A stretch of DNA of 63,273 bases, the filler included, from Octopus bimaculoides (Eukaryota), in the NCBI RefSeq assembly GCF_001194135.2. It is 4 parts of 4 records of this genome, joined end to end, with 100 filler letters (N's around TTAATTAATTAA, not from the genome) between each part and the next. Parts side by side here need not be neighbours in the genome. Positions count along the whole stretch, not along the records: positions 1 to 26,788 come from NC_068997.1; 3 more parts are not named here. One strand, written 5' to 3'. Positions 13,456 to 26,087 of this stretch are shown here, piece by piece. The notes under the pieces were generated by a model. It was not told the origin of the DNA and did not search any database. It was given only the letters and a program-made list of their open reading frames with translations. The translations under genes and the position numbers were made by a program. Position 1 is the first letter of the stretch. Every line of letters begins with the position of its first letter.

Positions 13456-14217
13456 TTAATAAATAAATAATAATAATAAATGATAATAACAAGATAATGT
13501 CATCTAACATAGATAAAAAACAACACATTTTGAAAGATAGTATAGTTAATGACATAACCCCAGTACTTGATTTGAACTTTATTTTATGGAACCTTGAAAG
13601 AAAAACAGCGTCAACATCAGTCTACACCGAAAGACATTTTTTTTTTTGTGCTGTATTGACTTTGCTAGTTCTCTGCAAAATAAAAGCATACAGCTGAAGG
13701 CACATGCTCACACACAGAGAAAGCTCATTGCTGAAATCTAACATTTTCTCTCTTGTATTTAGGAATCACTCCAGCATGGCCAAAACCATGGTGCAGTGGA
13801 ACCAGATAAAAAGTTATTAAAGTCATCTTTAGAGAGTTTATTTATAACACTTATATCTGCACAGTTTTGATAAGTTTGATTTATGATTGGCATCAGGTGT
13901 CTTATTCCTCAGTATGTCCATGACATAGTACTGTACAAGACAGTGTTAACTAAGAGAATCATTTAATGAATTATTAAAACTTGTGCTGTATGGTTCCATA
14001 ATGACACCATAGTTAAAGAATTATTTATCTGAATTAGAATTCTGAAGTAAAGAGAAGTGATGCTCTCATTCACTGGCCACAGAATTGGTGGATAGCTTCA
14101 AATGTGTAATATATACATACACATACATACATACATACATACATACATATGCACATACACATATATGTTCATGTCAAACGATGAGAATGAGTGCTCAACA
14201 CGGCAATAATGGATAAA

Positions 14218-14311
14218 ATTTCTTTATTTGTGTATTAAGGCTACCATTGGTTTCATGTTAAGATATTTTAACATGAAACCAATGGTAGCCTTTATACACA
14301 AATAAAGAAAT
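14218..14311. repeat. Near-perfect palindrome: 44-bp arms, 6-nt loop, one mismatch
   Basis: atttctttatttgtgtattaaggctaccattggtttcatgttaa-gatatt-ttaacatgaaaccaatggtagcctttatacacaaataaagaaat. Confidence 0.95.
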
Positions 14312-16299
14312 ATATATATATATATATAAACACGCACACACACACATAAATACAGGTTTATCAAATACTATACAACATAAATCATTTATGGAAACTATCT
14401 CTGCCTCTAAAAAATGTATCATAATTACCAAATGGCAATTGAAACCAGCTCCACTTTAAAAGGGGAGATAATCTCAAGTTTCAAAAATTCTCCAAAGTTA
14501 ACATACCATTAAGGAAAAGGTTAGGTTTATCGCCTGGAAATAAGAGGGCAGTTGTAGACATGTGTTTCTGGCTCAATAGCCATCGTCAGTATGGTAATTT
14601 GCCCAGCCTTATCTCCAATAGCCATTGTGACCATCCTAAATCCATTTACACCAATAGACAATAATAACTAACATTTTAGGTATTTGTACATTGAAGCAGA
14701 AGTAATAGCAATCTTTCAAAATTAATCTTCTTCTAAAAGAATTTCAGTCAAGTTTGTATATATCCCATAAGGTAGTAGGCGTGCTACTACCCATATTTAT
14801 ACACACATACTAAGAAGCTATTCTAATATGCTTCTGATATTTTAAATTAGGACTCACAATGAAACTTAACACTCCTACCCAGTCAGCTAATATCCTCCTA
14901 ATCTTATAGATATGACAAATACCTGTTTTACCTTTTAGTCATGAACAGCTAAAGGTGACTCAGAATAAGCTGTCAACTTTTAATATTATATAGACATAAA
15001 AAGCAAAATGCAGAGCAGTGTTTCAGCTTTATGTTCTGAGTTCAAATCCCTCTGAAGTCAACTTCGCTTTTCATCCTTTCAGGGTAACTTAAAATATATA
15101 TCAGTTGAGCACTAGGATCAATGTAACTGATTAGCCTGTCCCCTAAAAAGTGTCAAACCTTACCTTATGCCTATAGTAGAAAGACTATATATCATGAAGC
15201 AGAAGGCAACTATACTCCTGTTGGTACCATGATGAAATAATGTAAGGAAGGGTAGCTAGCCATACATACATACATACATATTATTTATACACACACACAC
15301 ACATGGCTGATGCTAGTGCTGGTGGCATGTAAAAAGCACCATTCAAATGTGACCGATGCCAGTGCCACCTGACTGACACCCATGCTGGTGGTACATGAGG
15401 GTGGTTGATGCCAATCCTGCTGGACTGTCTCCCATGCCAGTAGCATGTAAAAAGCACCTGCTACACTCTCAGAGTAGTTGGCATTAGGCAGGGCATCCAG
15501 CTACAGAAACCTTGCCAAATCAGATTGGAGCCTGGTGCAGCCTCTTGGCTTGTCAGTCCTCAGTCAAAGTGTCCAACCCATGCCAGCATGGAAAGTGGAC
15601 ATTAAATGACAACGATATTGATGATTATATATAAGCAAAGCAGACTGAAATTTGAAAGAAGTAAGAAAAAAAACTAAAGATCTAAATACATTAGCATTTT
15701 GTTTCATAGTTATCTTAGCATATAATGAAATTAAATCCTTTAAATTTTTCTTTATTTTCATTATTTTTTTCCTTTTTATTTTCCTTGATTGGTGGGTTAG
15801 GGTAAAAAAAAAAATGAAAAAGGTGAGATTGGTTCTTCACTTACTATGTTGACCATTATTCTTCCAGTTGACCCATATTTGATGTTTTTGTTATTGTTAC
15901 CATCTGTGTTTCTTTGCAGACAGTTCACATCACCAATAACCCTTCTCGCAATATCTGATGTTGTTGTCAGCATGTCAAACAGATTAATACTAGTAGTTTC
16001 ACCATTTTAGAAGAAAAACTGTTTTTAATGAATTTACAATTCACTTGCATGAACTTTCCTTTACTACACCGCTCTCTTTTCCCCCCTCTTTCTTTCCCCC
16101 CTCTCTCTTTCCCCTCTCTCTCTCTAGTTAAAACTTCCTTTTGACATCAAGTCTCTCTCTTTTTCCTTGGCCCCTCTTTTTCTCTCTTTATATTTCTTTC
16201 ATTCTATCTTTCTCTCTACCCTATGGCAATTTCTTTCCCTTTCACTCTCACTAAACCATTATTTTCCACTTTTCTCTATCTCATATACTGTCCCTCATT

Positions 16300-16368
<69 letters not shown>

Positions 16369-17879
16369 ATTCTCACTGCTGTTCTAACATTATCCAATCG
16401 TATTCATTGTACCATGTATATTTTAAAACTGGCATTTGGTCTTGTTATTGATGTGGACCTGATCTTTTTCCCCTTATGGTTGTGGTGTGTAGTGGTAGCA
16501 CAAGTTTAATCCCTTTTATACCAATCTGTCCAACACCAACTCTGGTTCTATGATACAAACTTTCTGTTTTAAAGTAATCTAAAAGACCTTCCATCAAAAT
16601 TTCATGTTAATTTATGTTCCAAACATTGACTTAATAAAATGTTATTTTATTAAACACCTCATTATTTTCAAAGTGAATTGAAACAGAGGCAGTGTATTTC
16701 AACAGAAATATGGTAATAGAAGGGTTAACATGCTACCATCCACTCCTGGGTGGGATGTGCTCAGAGGTAGGATGGTTGACCTAACACATTGTTCTGTTTA
16801 AAAACTACCATATCATTCTTTGGGTGTCATTAGTGTGGTGGTAGTCCAAACATGCCACCCAGTTAAATACACACCACCACCACTATCACCCACTTCTTGG
16901 TATTTTAAGCAGAGTTCCCTTTATAGCAAGCCTGACTCTATCCCCACCATGTTCTCTCCCAGCCCATATATTTCCTGAAGACATTGATCTTCAGCTGTTC
17001 AGATTGACCATTTATGGCATCAGTCTCATCAGTCTTGGACAATAACCTACAAATATGGTCAGTGTCGTCTCTCTTCCTTTAATTAACTAATATAGTATGT
17101 TGGTATGTGGCTTTGTGATTAGGATGTTTGACTTTTGTCCATGTATATGGATCATGTCCAATTCATGGAATGGGCAGCTTGTTGAGTCCTTGACAAAAGT
17201 ACTTCTTTCATCATTGTTCCAGTCTACTCAATTGGAAATGTGTACTAGCCAAGTGTTGGTTGCTGCTTTCCCTCCCACCAGTTGCCACATTTTCAATGTT
17301 TTGCTAGGTCAAAAGTGGTGAAGTGGAGGTGACAGTGTTCCTAGTTTGCTTGTGACTACACAGACACTTAAAACAATTAGCGAAAGCATGGTATGTGTTA
17401 TTAAGCCATATTCGCTTGCCAGTGATGGCTACAGAGTAGTGTACTACATATACATGTGTATAAATAATGTGTGTACATATATATATAATATATAGATAAA
17501 TGATTAAATGATTTATCCAGTAATCACGGGTGAGTTTATGTAATTGCTCTGTGCAAAAATACACTATATAACTGTGTTTTATCTTTTCTTCATCAGGACG
17601 CTAATTACTAATTATTTTAATTTAACATGTCCCCATTGTTCCTTGTTTCATCCTTAATTATAAAATCTGATGTGGATTCTCCAAGCTGGTAGAACAAATT
17701 ATTATTATTTGATTTATATAATTGAATTTTTGTGTTTGATTTATTGCGAAAATAGTTTAAATTTTCCAGACTAATAAACCTTCTCAATCAGGTCTCTGTT
17801 TTCTGTCGGTTCATTCTGTGGCCATCTTCAAGGATACTATTCTCATGTATGTGTGTGTGTGTGTGTTGGTAGATATAAA

Positions 17880-17911
17880 ATGCTTGCAAGCAAAATGAGG
17901 ACAATTATAAG
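17880..17911 (+). CDS. First coding exon of the GT92 gene (cytoplasmic tail MLASKMRTII-R)
   Basis: ATG at 17880 and strong AG|GTAAGG donor at 17911/17912. Phase 2 matches the acceptor at 20271/20272, giving MLASKMRTIIRRGTTAFVVSWILIYIIIQ, a typical type II membrane N-terminus. Confidence 0.65.
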
Positions 17912-18149
17912 GTAAGGAGGTAAGCAGTGAATATATGAATATATAACATGAGGTGCAAAAATGTGTTGAAAAATAAGACAAAATTAACAATCATGAATTT
18001 ATGTTGTTATTTGATATTCCTTTGTTCATCTATATTATTCATAGTCAAGCCACTCTAAGTTATTTCTGTTAGCTTATTTTCATTTAAATTATATATATAT
18101 AATTTTTCTAATATAAGTGCATATACATAGATACACACACACACGCACG

Positions 18150-18192
<43 letters not shown>

Positions 18193-18359
18193 AAGTGTGT
18201 AGGAGAATTTTTGTGTATCTTTATTTTTATATAAAGTTATATAAACACATTTTTATAATGTCCACATTTTTGTATATTCATTGATCCAAAATAATATGTA
18301 AATATTTTTACTAATATCAGTGCTTGAAATTAAATACTAGAAATATTTATAAAGACAGT

Positions 18360-19000
18360 CCACAAACTTCACCTCTCCAAAATACAGAGGTTAAATTTTC
18401 TAAATAGTAATCAAATAACATCAAGAACAATTAACCTTTTGTGAGAAAACTGCTGACCAACTAATCTTTCCACCTACCTACATCCTTTTGTGAACTTTAA
18501 AGTACAAGTTAAGCAAATTTCTATCCTAACAACACCATGATCTAATGTTGACATTCTTAAATAGACACACCTAATCAGTCTTACATGCCTGTCTGAACTC
18601 TGAATAATAGCTCCACCTCCTCAAAACAAACAGGTTAAACCTCTTAAAAACACCAACAATAAAAGAAATCTGCTGACCAACTAACTTTTCTACCTACTTA
18701 CATTCTTTTGTAAACCCTTAAAAACTCCATGACTTAAAACCTGATGCGCATAAATAAAACACATTAAAAAGTTTTATATGCCAAACTGAACTCTGAATTA
18801 TAACCCTCACATTCTCAAAACAATTCTCCCATTGGTATTCAAATAAAAACAACTAAACCTAGTTACATATCTGATGATCAACTAACTGTTACATCTACCT
18901 ATGTTCCTTTGTGAACTACACCTTAAGATGACGCACCTAGACATACTTGATTATAAAGTTATACATGCATGAGTGAATTCTGAACAATAACATAACTCTA
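18360..19000. repeat. Diverged tandem repeat, ~200-220-bp unit, about 3 copies
   Basis: ctg(c/a)tga(c/t)caactaa at 18450, 18670 and 18871; recurring acctac..aca.tc.tttgt.aac and ctgaa.tctgaa.aat blocks. Confidence 0.75.
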
Positions 19001-19349
19001 AATTTAATCCATAAAAATCTCCCATATCTTTCCCTCATATCCTATCTTACAATTTAATAATCATTCAGCAGAGCTCCATATACTCCACAAATTTTAAACT
19101 TAACAGAGATTATATAAAATGAAGATGAACTCAAATGTACTCAGTCCACTGAAAGTAAACCAGTTCAAAACTTTGAAGTCACTGTCAACACTTCTTGTTA
19201 AATATGTACTCTACAAAAAGTATTGAGTAATCCTTCAGTTTACTGTAGAATTGTTTTTATTATAACTCAACATAAAAACAAGCATTCATATACATGTATG
19301 CATGCATGCACGCACACAAACACACACACACACACACACACACACATGA

Positions 19350-19755
19350 GGTTAAAATGTAGTAACATAGTTTTTTATAGAACAGCCATGATATAGTGGC
19401 AAAAAAGTGTTACCGTCTAGTATTGTTACTACTTAGTCCTTGTTTAGAGATTTTAGAACTAGCTACATTGCTTATTACGAGACTAGCGGCTTTCTGCCGC
19501 TTCTCTGTTTGAGTAGGGATGATTGAGTGCCATCTCTAGCAGGCAGGTGTCTAGTACCAATGAAGGGTAAAGACCCAGAAACCATGGTCTACTGGTCTTG
19601 CCAAGCTGGAGGGGAGTGATTCACTCCCTTACTTACAATACATCAAACACAGGTTGTGTGTTGTTAAGCAGCCGGAAAAGATGTTTTCCTGGGGTTAAAA
19701 TGTAGTAACATAGTTCTTTATAGAACAGTCATGTTATAGTGGTAAAAAAATGTTA

Positions 19756-19759
<4 letters not shown>
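19350..19759 (+). mobile_element. Retrozyme-like ~343-bp unit (about 1.2 copies) in the GT92 intron
   Basis: 67-bp direct repeats (19350-19416 and 19693-19759) flank a structured insert containing hairpin agcggc-tttct-gccgct (19485-19501), a hammerhead fold and palindrome gggagtga-t-tcactccc (19612-19628). Confidence 0.55.
19551..19595 (+). ncRNA. Decayed Type I hammerhead-like motif
   Basis: CUAGUA-CCAAUGA-A-GGGU aaag ACCC-A-GAAA-CCAUGG-UC-UACUGG. 6-bp helix I, 4-bp helix II, palindromic ACCAUGGU helix III, GUC triplet; core changes U4C and G5A, and A.A at 10.1/11.1. Confidence 0.55.
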
Positions 19760-19792
<33 letters not shown>

Positions 19793-19889
19793 ATTTTAAT
19801 CAGCAGAAGTTATACTATAACTTCTACCGATTAAAATATAAAAATATATATATATACTCATGTTTTGAGTTTTATTTTTCTGTTTGTAT

Positions 19890-19963
<74 letters not shown>

Positions 19964-20271
19964 GGAACCACACACACACACTCACTCACATATAAACATA
20001 TACACATACATACACATTTATAGGACTTGTGTGTGTGTGTGTGTGTGCACGTGTTAAAACTCTGTCTTTAAAATAGAGCATCTGAATTATAATGTAGAGA
20101 TATGTTTATATATATAGGAATGTGACAGAGAAGGATGACTTGGAGAATGATTTAATGATGATATTGGAAAGAGAAATATGAAAGAGGAGATTAAAAGTTC
20201 AAAAATTTTTAATTACTTGAAACATTTTATTTCTTTGAATTCTTTATTTTTCCTCTTTTTTTCTTTTTTAG

Positions 20272-21538
20272 GCGTGGAACAACAGCTTTTGTAGTTTCTT
20301 GGATCCTCATCTATATTATAATTCAGACTTGTAAACTGTTATCCTCAACTGATTATTTGGTGTGCCTGGCGAAGCTAAATCGAACGTTAATCCGCCCTCA
20401 TAATGTCCACAGTTGGCAGTCTATCCACGACCGACGGAGAGATGTACTGTTGTATTCGGCTCACTACCGGCCCCTGGGAGACAGTCGTGCTGTTCACATC
20501 CTGGCTGTTGGCACAGGAATTCCTCAGGAACTTATTTGTCTTCTTTGGTATGCTGACTCTTTCTTTCCAGATGTGATAAAAGCAACCACTTTGAACCATG
20601 ATGTTGATGAAGTAAAGAAAGGGCGAATAGTTGAGCAGTTTTTCTTCACTTGTGCATGTAACTCAACCCAACCACCAATTTATGTGTCCTTGACGGGTCC
20701 ACGATGTTCAGTGCCGACAACTTTCCTTCAGGTACAGGTGCCACAAAAAGAGGAACCTGTGAAAGAGTTTGGTATCTGCATGTCGAGTACGAATGTCAAT
20801 GTCCATCCATATCACATCATAGAATGGATGGAAGCTCATCAGATGTTTGGCATCGACGAGATAACACTGTATTATCACACTTTTTCCAGCAACATGTCAC
20901 GGGTGTTAAACCAGTATCAGAAAGATGGCTTTGTTAGGCTTAATTATGTGTCAGTTCCCAGACGATATGGATTCTGGTCAGACTTTAAAATCATATCTTC
21001 TTTATCGCTCAATGACTGTATGTGGAAAAATATGTATCGATATCACTACATTTTCATTCTGTTAAACTTTGATGAGATTGTCATACCACGTATACACAAC
21101 AACTATAGCGCGTTACTCGACTATGTCGATCGAACTGAAGGGCTTGTGGTGCCAGCCACATCATACCTTTTCCAAAATACTGTTTTCAATCTTTGCGCTG
21201 CTGATACAAAAGATCCTGCATTTTCAAACTTTCTCCGCTACTTGAAGCGAGATCCTCCTAGTGAAGAAATGCGAGATTTCCGTTCTCTCGTCAATCCCAG
21301 ATACTGTCTTTCATTGTTTACGCATTATTGTCATTCATTTGTCTCGGTGGAAGCAATGCCATGGACAGTGAAAGTCCATCAGCACGTTGCTCTCACGCAT
21401 CACTATCATAATGTCAACAAAAAAAAAGTCAACTGTGATAACATGAAGAAGAATTTGGCTGTGGACAGAACGGTGGATCGCTTCCGCAAACCTCTTAGTA
21501 AACGGTGTGAAAATCGAATAATGCAGCACAAGCTTTAA
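20272..21538 (+). CDS. Glycosyltransferase family 92 (DUF23; galt-1-like beta-1,4-galactosyltransferase), main coding exon
   Basis: Strong pyrimidine tract + AG at 20270-20271; frame open from the acceptor through a TM segment to TAA 21536-21538. Family motifs LYSAHY, FGICM, IIEWMEAHQMFGIDEITLY, LNDCMWKNMYRY, xFDEIVIP, RSLVNP, THHY. Confidence 0.93.
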
Positions 21539-22439
21539 TAACTAATTGATCTTCCCACCTCATAAATGCCATCAGATAACAGATCAAAACAAATGATCAA
21601 CACTTAGTTCTGTAAGCAAATTAGAGGGTGGTCAGTTGGCAGAGATGGTAGAGTGTTGGACAAATGTTATTGCAACATTTAAGTTTCCTTTCCCTACGTT
21701 CTCAGCTCAAATATTGATGAAGGTCAACTTTGCCTTTTGTCTCTTCACTGGGGTTTAGGGATTGATAAAATAAATACCCAATATAAATTATGTTTGGGTC
21801 AGCACAGTCAAATATACTACCCAACTGTTGTTCAACATAAAACATTGGCCCTTGTGCTTAAATAAGAACTGCATTAAGAGGTTGTGTCATGAACTCTGGT
21901 GTCTGTCTGTCTGTCTTTCTGTCAGCAAGGTTTTGTCTTCACTTTATCCCATTGATAGAAATAACCAGGAAGTTTGAACCAAATATTTATACTGCAGTTA
22001 TAAATATCAAGATTGGTCACTGAAGGAGCTTCTAGGTGATCATTTGGCTCACTAGAAGAAATAAACTCAGACTACAACAATGCCCAAATAGTCTTAAGAA
22101 TTGCTATGATCTAGTGACACGTTATTTAAAGTAGTCCTAGATATTCAGTTTTGTGAGGCTGGGATACTCTTTTATCAGAGAAACATCTCTGCTTAATCAG
22201 GGCTAACAACAACAATGGGAGAGAGAGAGAGAGAGACAGCAAAACTGAGACATCATATGACGCAATTTTGGCAGAAATAAATACAGTCATAAAAAAAAAT
22301 ATTGACATTTTGTTTATTCTGAATTATCAGAATTTTATATTCCAAGGAAAAGATTTTCATTTATCTTTTTCTGATCATTATTACTGCTTCCATCATCACC
22401 ATCATCATCATCATCATCATCACCGTCATGGTGGCAGAG

Positions 22440-23229
22440 AGTATTGTGATCTTAATTATGTTCTGTGCCACCAAGGTCAACTTTGCTCCTCCTTTCATCC
22501 TTCCGGTGTCAAAAAAAAAAAAAAAAGTACCTGTGAAAGGGTATGAATTAATCATCTATCTCCCACCCCCTCACCCTTAACAGTTGATGACTTTACCCCA
22601 ATGTTTGAAATCATTAATATTATCAATAAGTGTATCATAACCAATGGAGTAATTCTGAGGTGTAGTTATTGCTAATTGTAGATAAGGTATTCAGTTATGG
22701 ATGTTGACATTTTGTGTTCGAATCCAACTGAGGTCAACTTTGCCTTTAATCATTCCAGGGTTGATAAAATAAAGTAGTTAGACACTGGGATCAATATCAT
22801 CAACTGGTCACTTCCCACCCAAATTCGTGGCCTTGTGCCTCTGTCAGAAATTATTGAGTAAGGTGGCAAGTTGGCAAAATCAGTAACATGCTGGGCAAAA
22901 TGCTTAGCGGCTTTTTGTCTCCCTTTACATTTTGAGTCCAAATTCCACCAAGGTTGACTTTGCCTTTCTTTTTTTCAGGGTCAATAAAATAGGTACCAGT
23001 TGAACACTGGGGTTAATGTAATCAACTGGACCCTACTGCCAAAATTACTGGCTTTTTGCCAAAATTTGAAACCGTCGTCTCTACATTCCGAGTTCAAATT
23101 CCGCCGAGGTCAACTTTGCCTTTCGTCCTTTCAGGGCTGATAAGCTAAGTACAATTGAAACACTGGTATCGATGTAATCGACTATCCCTTTCCCCTCAAA
23201 TTTCAGGCCTTGTGCCTATAGTAGAAAAG

Positions 23230-23276
<47 letters not shown>

Positions 23277-24560
23277 GGCGGCGAGCTAGCAGAATCGTTA
23301 GCACACTGGGCAAAATGCTTAGTGGCATTTCGTCTGTCCTTATGTTCTGAGTTCAAATTCCACCAAGGTCGATTTTGTCCTTCGTTCTTTCAAGGTCAAT
23401 AAAATGAGCTCCAGTTGAATATTGGAGTCGATGTAATCGACTCCCCCAACGCCTCAGAATTCAGGCGTTATATCTATAGCAGAAAGGATTATTATTAAGA
23501 TGGTAAGCTGGGAGAATCGTTAGGGTGTTGGAAAAGGTGGTTTTGTGGTATTTCATGCAGCTCTTTAAGTCCTGAATTCAAATTCCACTGAAGTCAGCTT
23601 TGCCTTTCATTCTTTTGGGATTGGTAAATAAGTACCTGTCAAGTATTAGAGTTGATATAATCAAATAGTTCACTCCCCTAAAATTGCTAGCCTTGGGTCA
23701 AAGTTTTAAAGGATTATTATTAGAGCGGTCAATTGGCAGATTGTTAGTGTTGGAAAAAATTGCTCTGTAATATTTATTGCAGCTCTTTGATTTTGAGTTC
23801 ATATCTAACAAAGGTTGATTTTTGCATTCCATCCCTCTTGTGTCAATACAATAAATTACCAGCCATGTAGTAGAGTCGATGTAATTGCTGGCCTTCTGCC
23901 TAAATTAGAAACTATTGTTATAGGTGACAAGCTGACTGAATTATTAAGATATCAGAAAAAATGCCTTGCAATATTTGTTCTGGCTCTGTATATTCTGAGT
24001 TCAAATCCCTATTGAGTTGATAAAACTTAGTACCAGTAAAATAATGGAGTCAATATAATCAACTAAATTTCTTGCTTGAAAATCACTAGCCTTTCATCCC
24101 TTTGTAATTGATGAAATAAGTACCAGTTACACGCTGAGGTTGATGTAACCGATTCGTCCCTCTCCCAAATTTCAGGCCTTCGTCCTATAGTAGAAAGGAT
24201 AGTTATTATCATTATTAAGGTGACAAGCTGGCAAAATTGTTAGTACATCAGACAAAATGCTTAGTGGCATTTCTTCTGATTCTGTATGTCCAGAGTTCAA
24301 ATTCTGCTGAGGTCGACTTTGCTTTTCATCCCTTTGGGGTCCATAAAATAAGTACCAGTTGATCACTGGGGTTGATGTAATCGACTAACACCATCCCTTT
24401 AAAATTATGGCCTTGTGCCTAAATTTGAAACTGCTGAGGTCAACTTTGCCTTTCATCCTTTCGGGGTCAATAAATTAAGTACCAGTGAAATACTGGGGTC
24501 GATGTAATTGGCTAGTCCCCTCCTCCCAAATTTCAGGCCTTGTGCCTTTAGTAGAAATGA
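22440..24560 (+). mobile_element. Head-to-tail array of about 10 SINE family A copies or fragments
   Basis: Core ggtc.actttgcctttc.tccttt.gggg repeats every ~150-250 bp in the same orientation, joined by (ATT)n; best-preserved copies at 23080-23490. Confidence 0.85.
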
Positions 24561-24561
24561 G

Positions 24562-24592
<31 letters not shown>

Positions 24593-25850
24593 GTGCATTT
24601 GCTATAGAGATTTGAAAGTAAGCTTCTGGCAATTCAAATCTGCATTTGAGATTTGATCCTTGCTTGAGTAATCTCTTTTAGCTTATACCCTCCCTTGAGC
24701 CAATGCGGTGGGGGTGGAAAGGGTTGAGTGGCAGGCAGATTCAATGTCTGAAGGTATTTAGTTACATCTCTGTACATTTTGAAGTCAAGTCTTGCCCAGA
24801 TTGATATTCACCTTCCATCTTCACAAAGCTGATAAACTGAAGCACCCAGTTCCAAACTGAAGGGTTGATTTCAATGACTATCCACTTGATTTTGTAACTG
24901 TGTACCATTTTTCAGAAAATATCCTATTCATCATCATCATCACCGTCATCATCATCACCATCATCATCATCATTTAAAGGAAGGTAATCATTATAGCTGA
25001 ACTATCAGATTTTAATCTTCTCCGGTGCCCAATTTTATTGATAAGGGGGTCAGGTTGAATTAATGACAATATATTATACACTCGTTGGCTCAGCGCAAAG
25101 AGCTGTGAATAGATACCATGAAGAAATACTAATCATGTGTTTTACAAGGCCAGGAGTAATGCATAATTTTATTAATTAATTGTTTTGTTAGCTTGCAGGT
25201 TTGGATTCAACTTCTTCCTTGAATTGAGAGAAGGTCAATGGTATGAATACTCCTTAGTTGTCTGCCATTGTTCTGATTAGGGGCTTGATGGGTATGCACC
25301 ATCAGGTGGCCTAATGTAGCTAAAGAAGGATTGCATTATAAAACCACTGTAAATACATAGACATGCTTTCCTGTTTACATAAACACACATACACATGCAT
25401 ACATATCGTTTACACGTGCGCGCACACACACACACACACACACATCAATACAACATATACATGCACACATTTATTCATTTATTATGTCCAGTTTTCAAAT
25501 ATAGCTGTTTAAATACTGCATTACTTCTGGGATATGGGTGTGTGTGTGTTTGTGTGTTTTATACAAACAAATTTTTGTCCCATAAGTTTGCCAGATTTTT
25601 CAATATAAAATTTGTTTAAATGCTGCCTTACTTATGAGAGACCATACACACATGTAGACACATTAACACACACATATACATACATACATACATACATATA
25701 TATATATATATATGTATGCACACACATACATACACACACACACACACTACATATATAGATTTTATGTATACATACATTATACATGTACGTGTGTTTATAT
25801 ATGTGTGCATGCACACATTTTTCATATCTTAATAAAACAAAGAATTTCAG

Positions 25851-26087
25851 AATGCTGCTGTTGATGATGCCACTGTGTACATCTGGTGTTCTCTGCCAGA
25901 ACATGGAACTGTTGCAAAAATGGCTGCTGCATCTCACTACAACATCAAACCATCTTACTGCTGCTCTCAATGGGACAACGGTGCCACCAATATATGGATA
26001 CCCCGAAGACTCCTTCCTGCTGCTTATCAAAAAATCATGTCCTTTGAAGGAACTTTCTCTCTGTCTCTTTCTTCTGTCAATTTCTGA
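25851..26087 (+). other. Unassigned coding-like block (possible terminal exon or relic)
   Basis: tttcAG followed by an open frame NAAVDDATVYIWCSLPEHGTVAK...WDNGATNIWIPRRLL...VNF* with RNY-like codon pattern; family not recognised. Confidence 0.3.

Noticed and set aside
13763-13812. Good acceptor before gaatcactccagcatggcc
   Set aside because: Downstream sequence is a SINE family B tail remnant and there is no donor.
22440-24560. Regularly spaced repeats resembling a CRISPR array
   Set aside because: Units are 150-250-bp SINEs with tRNA-like heads; eukaryotic context and no cas genes.
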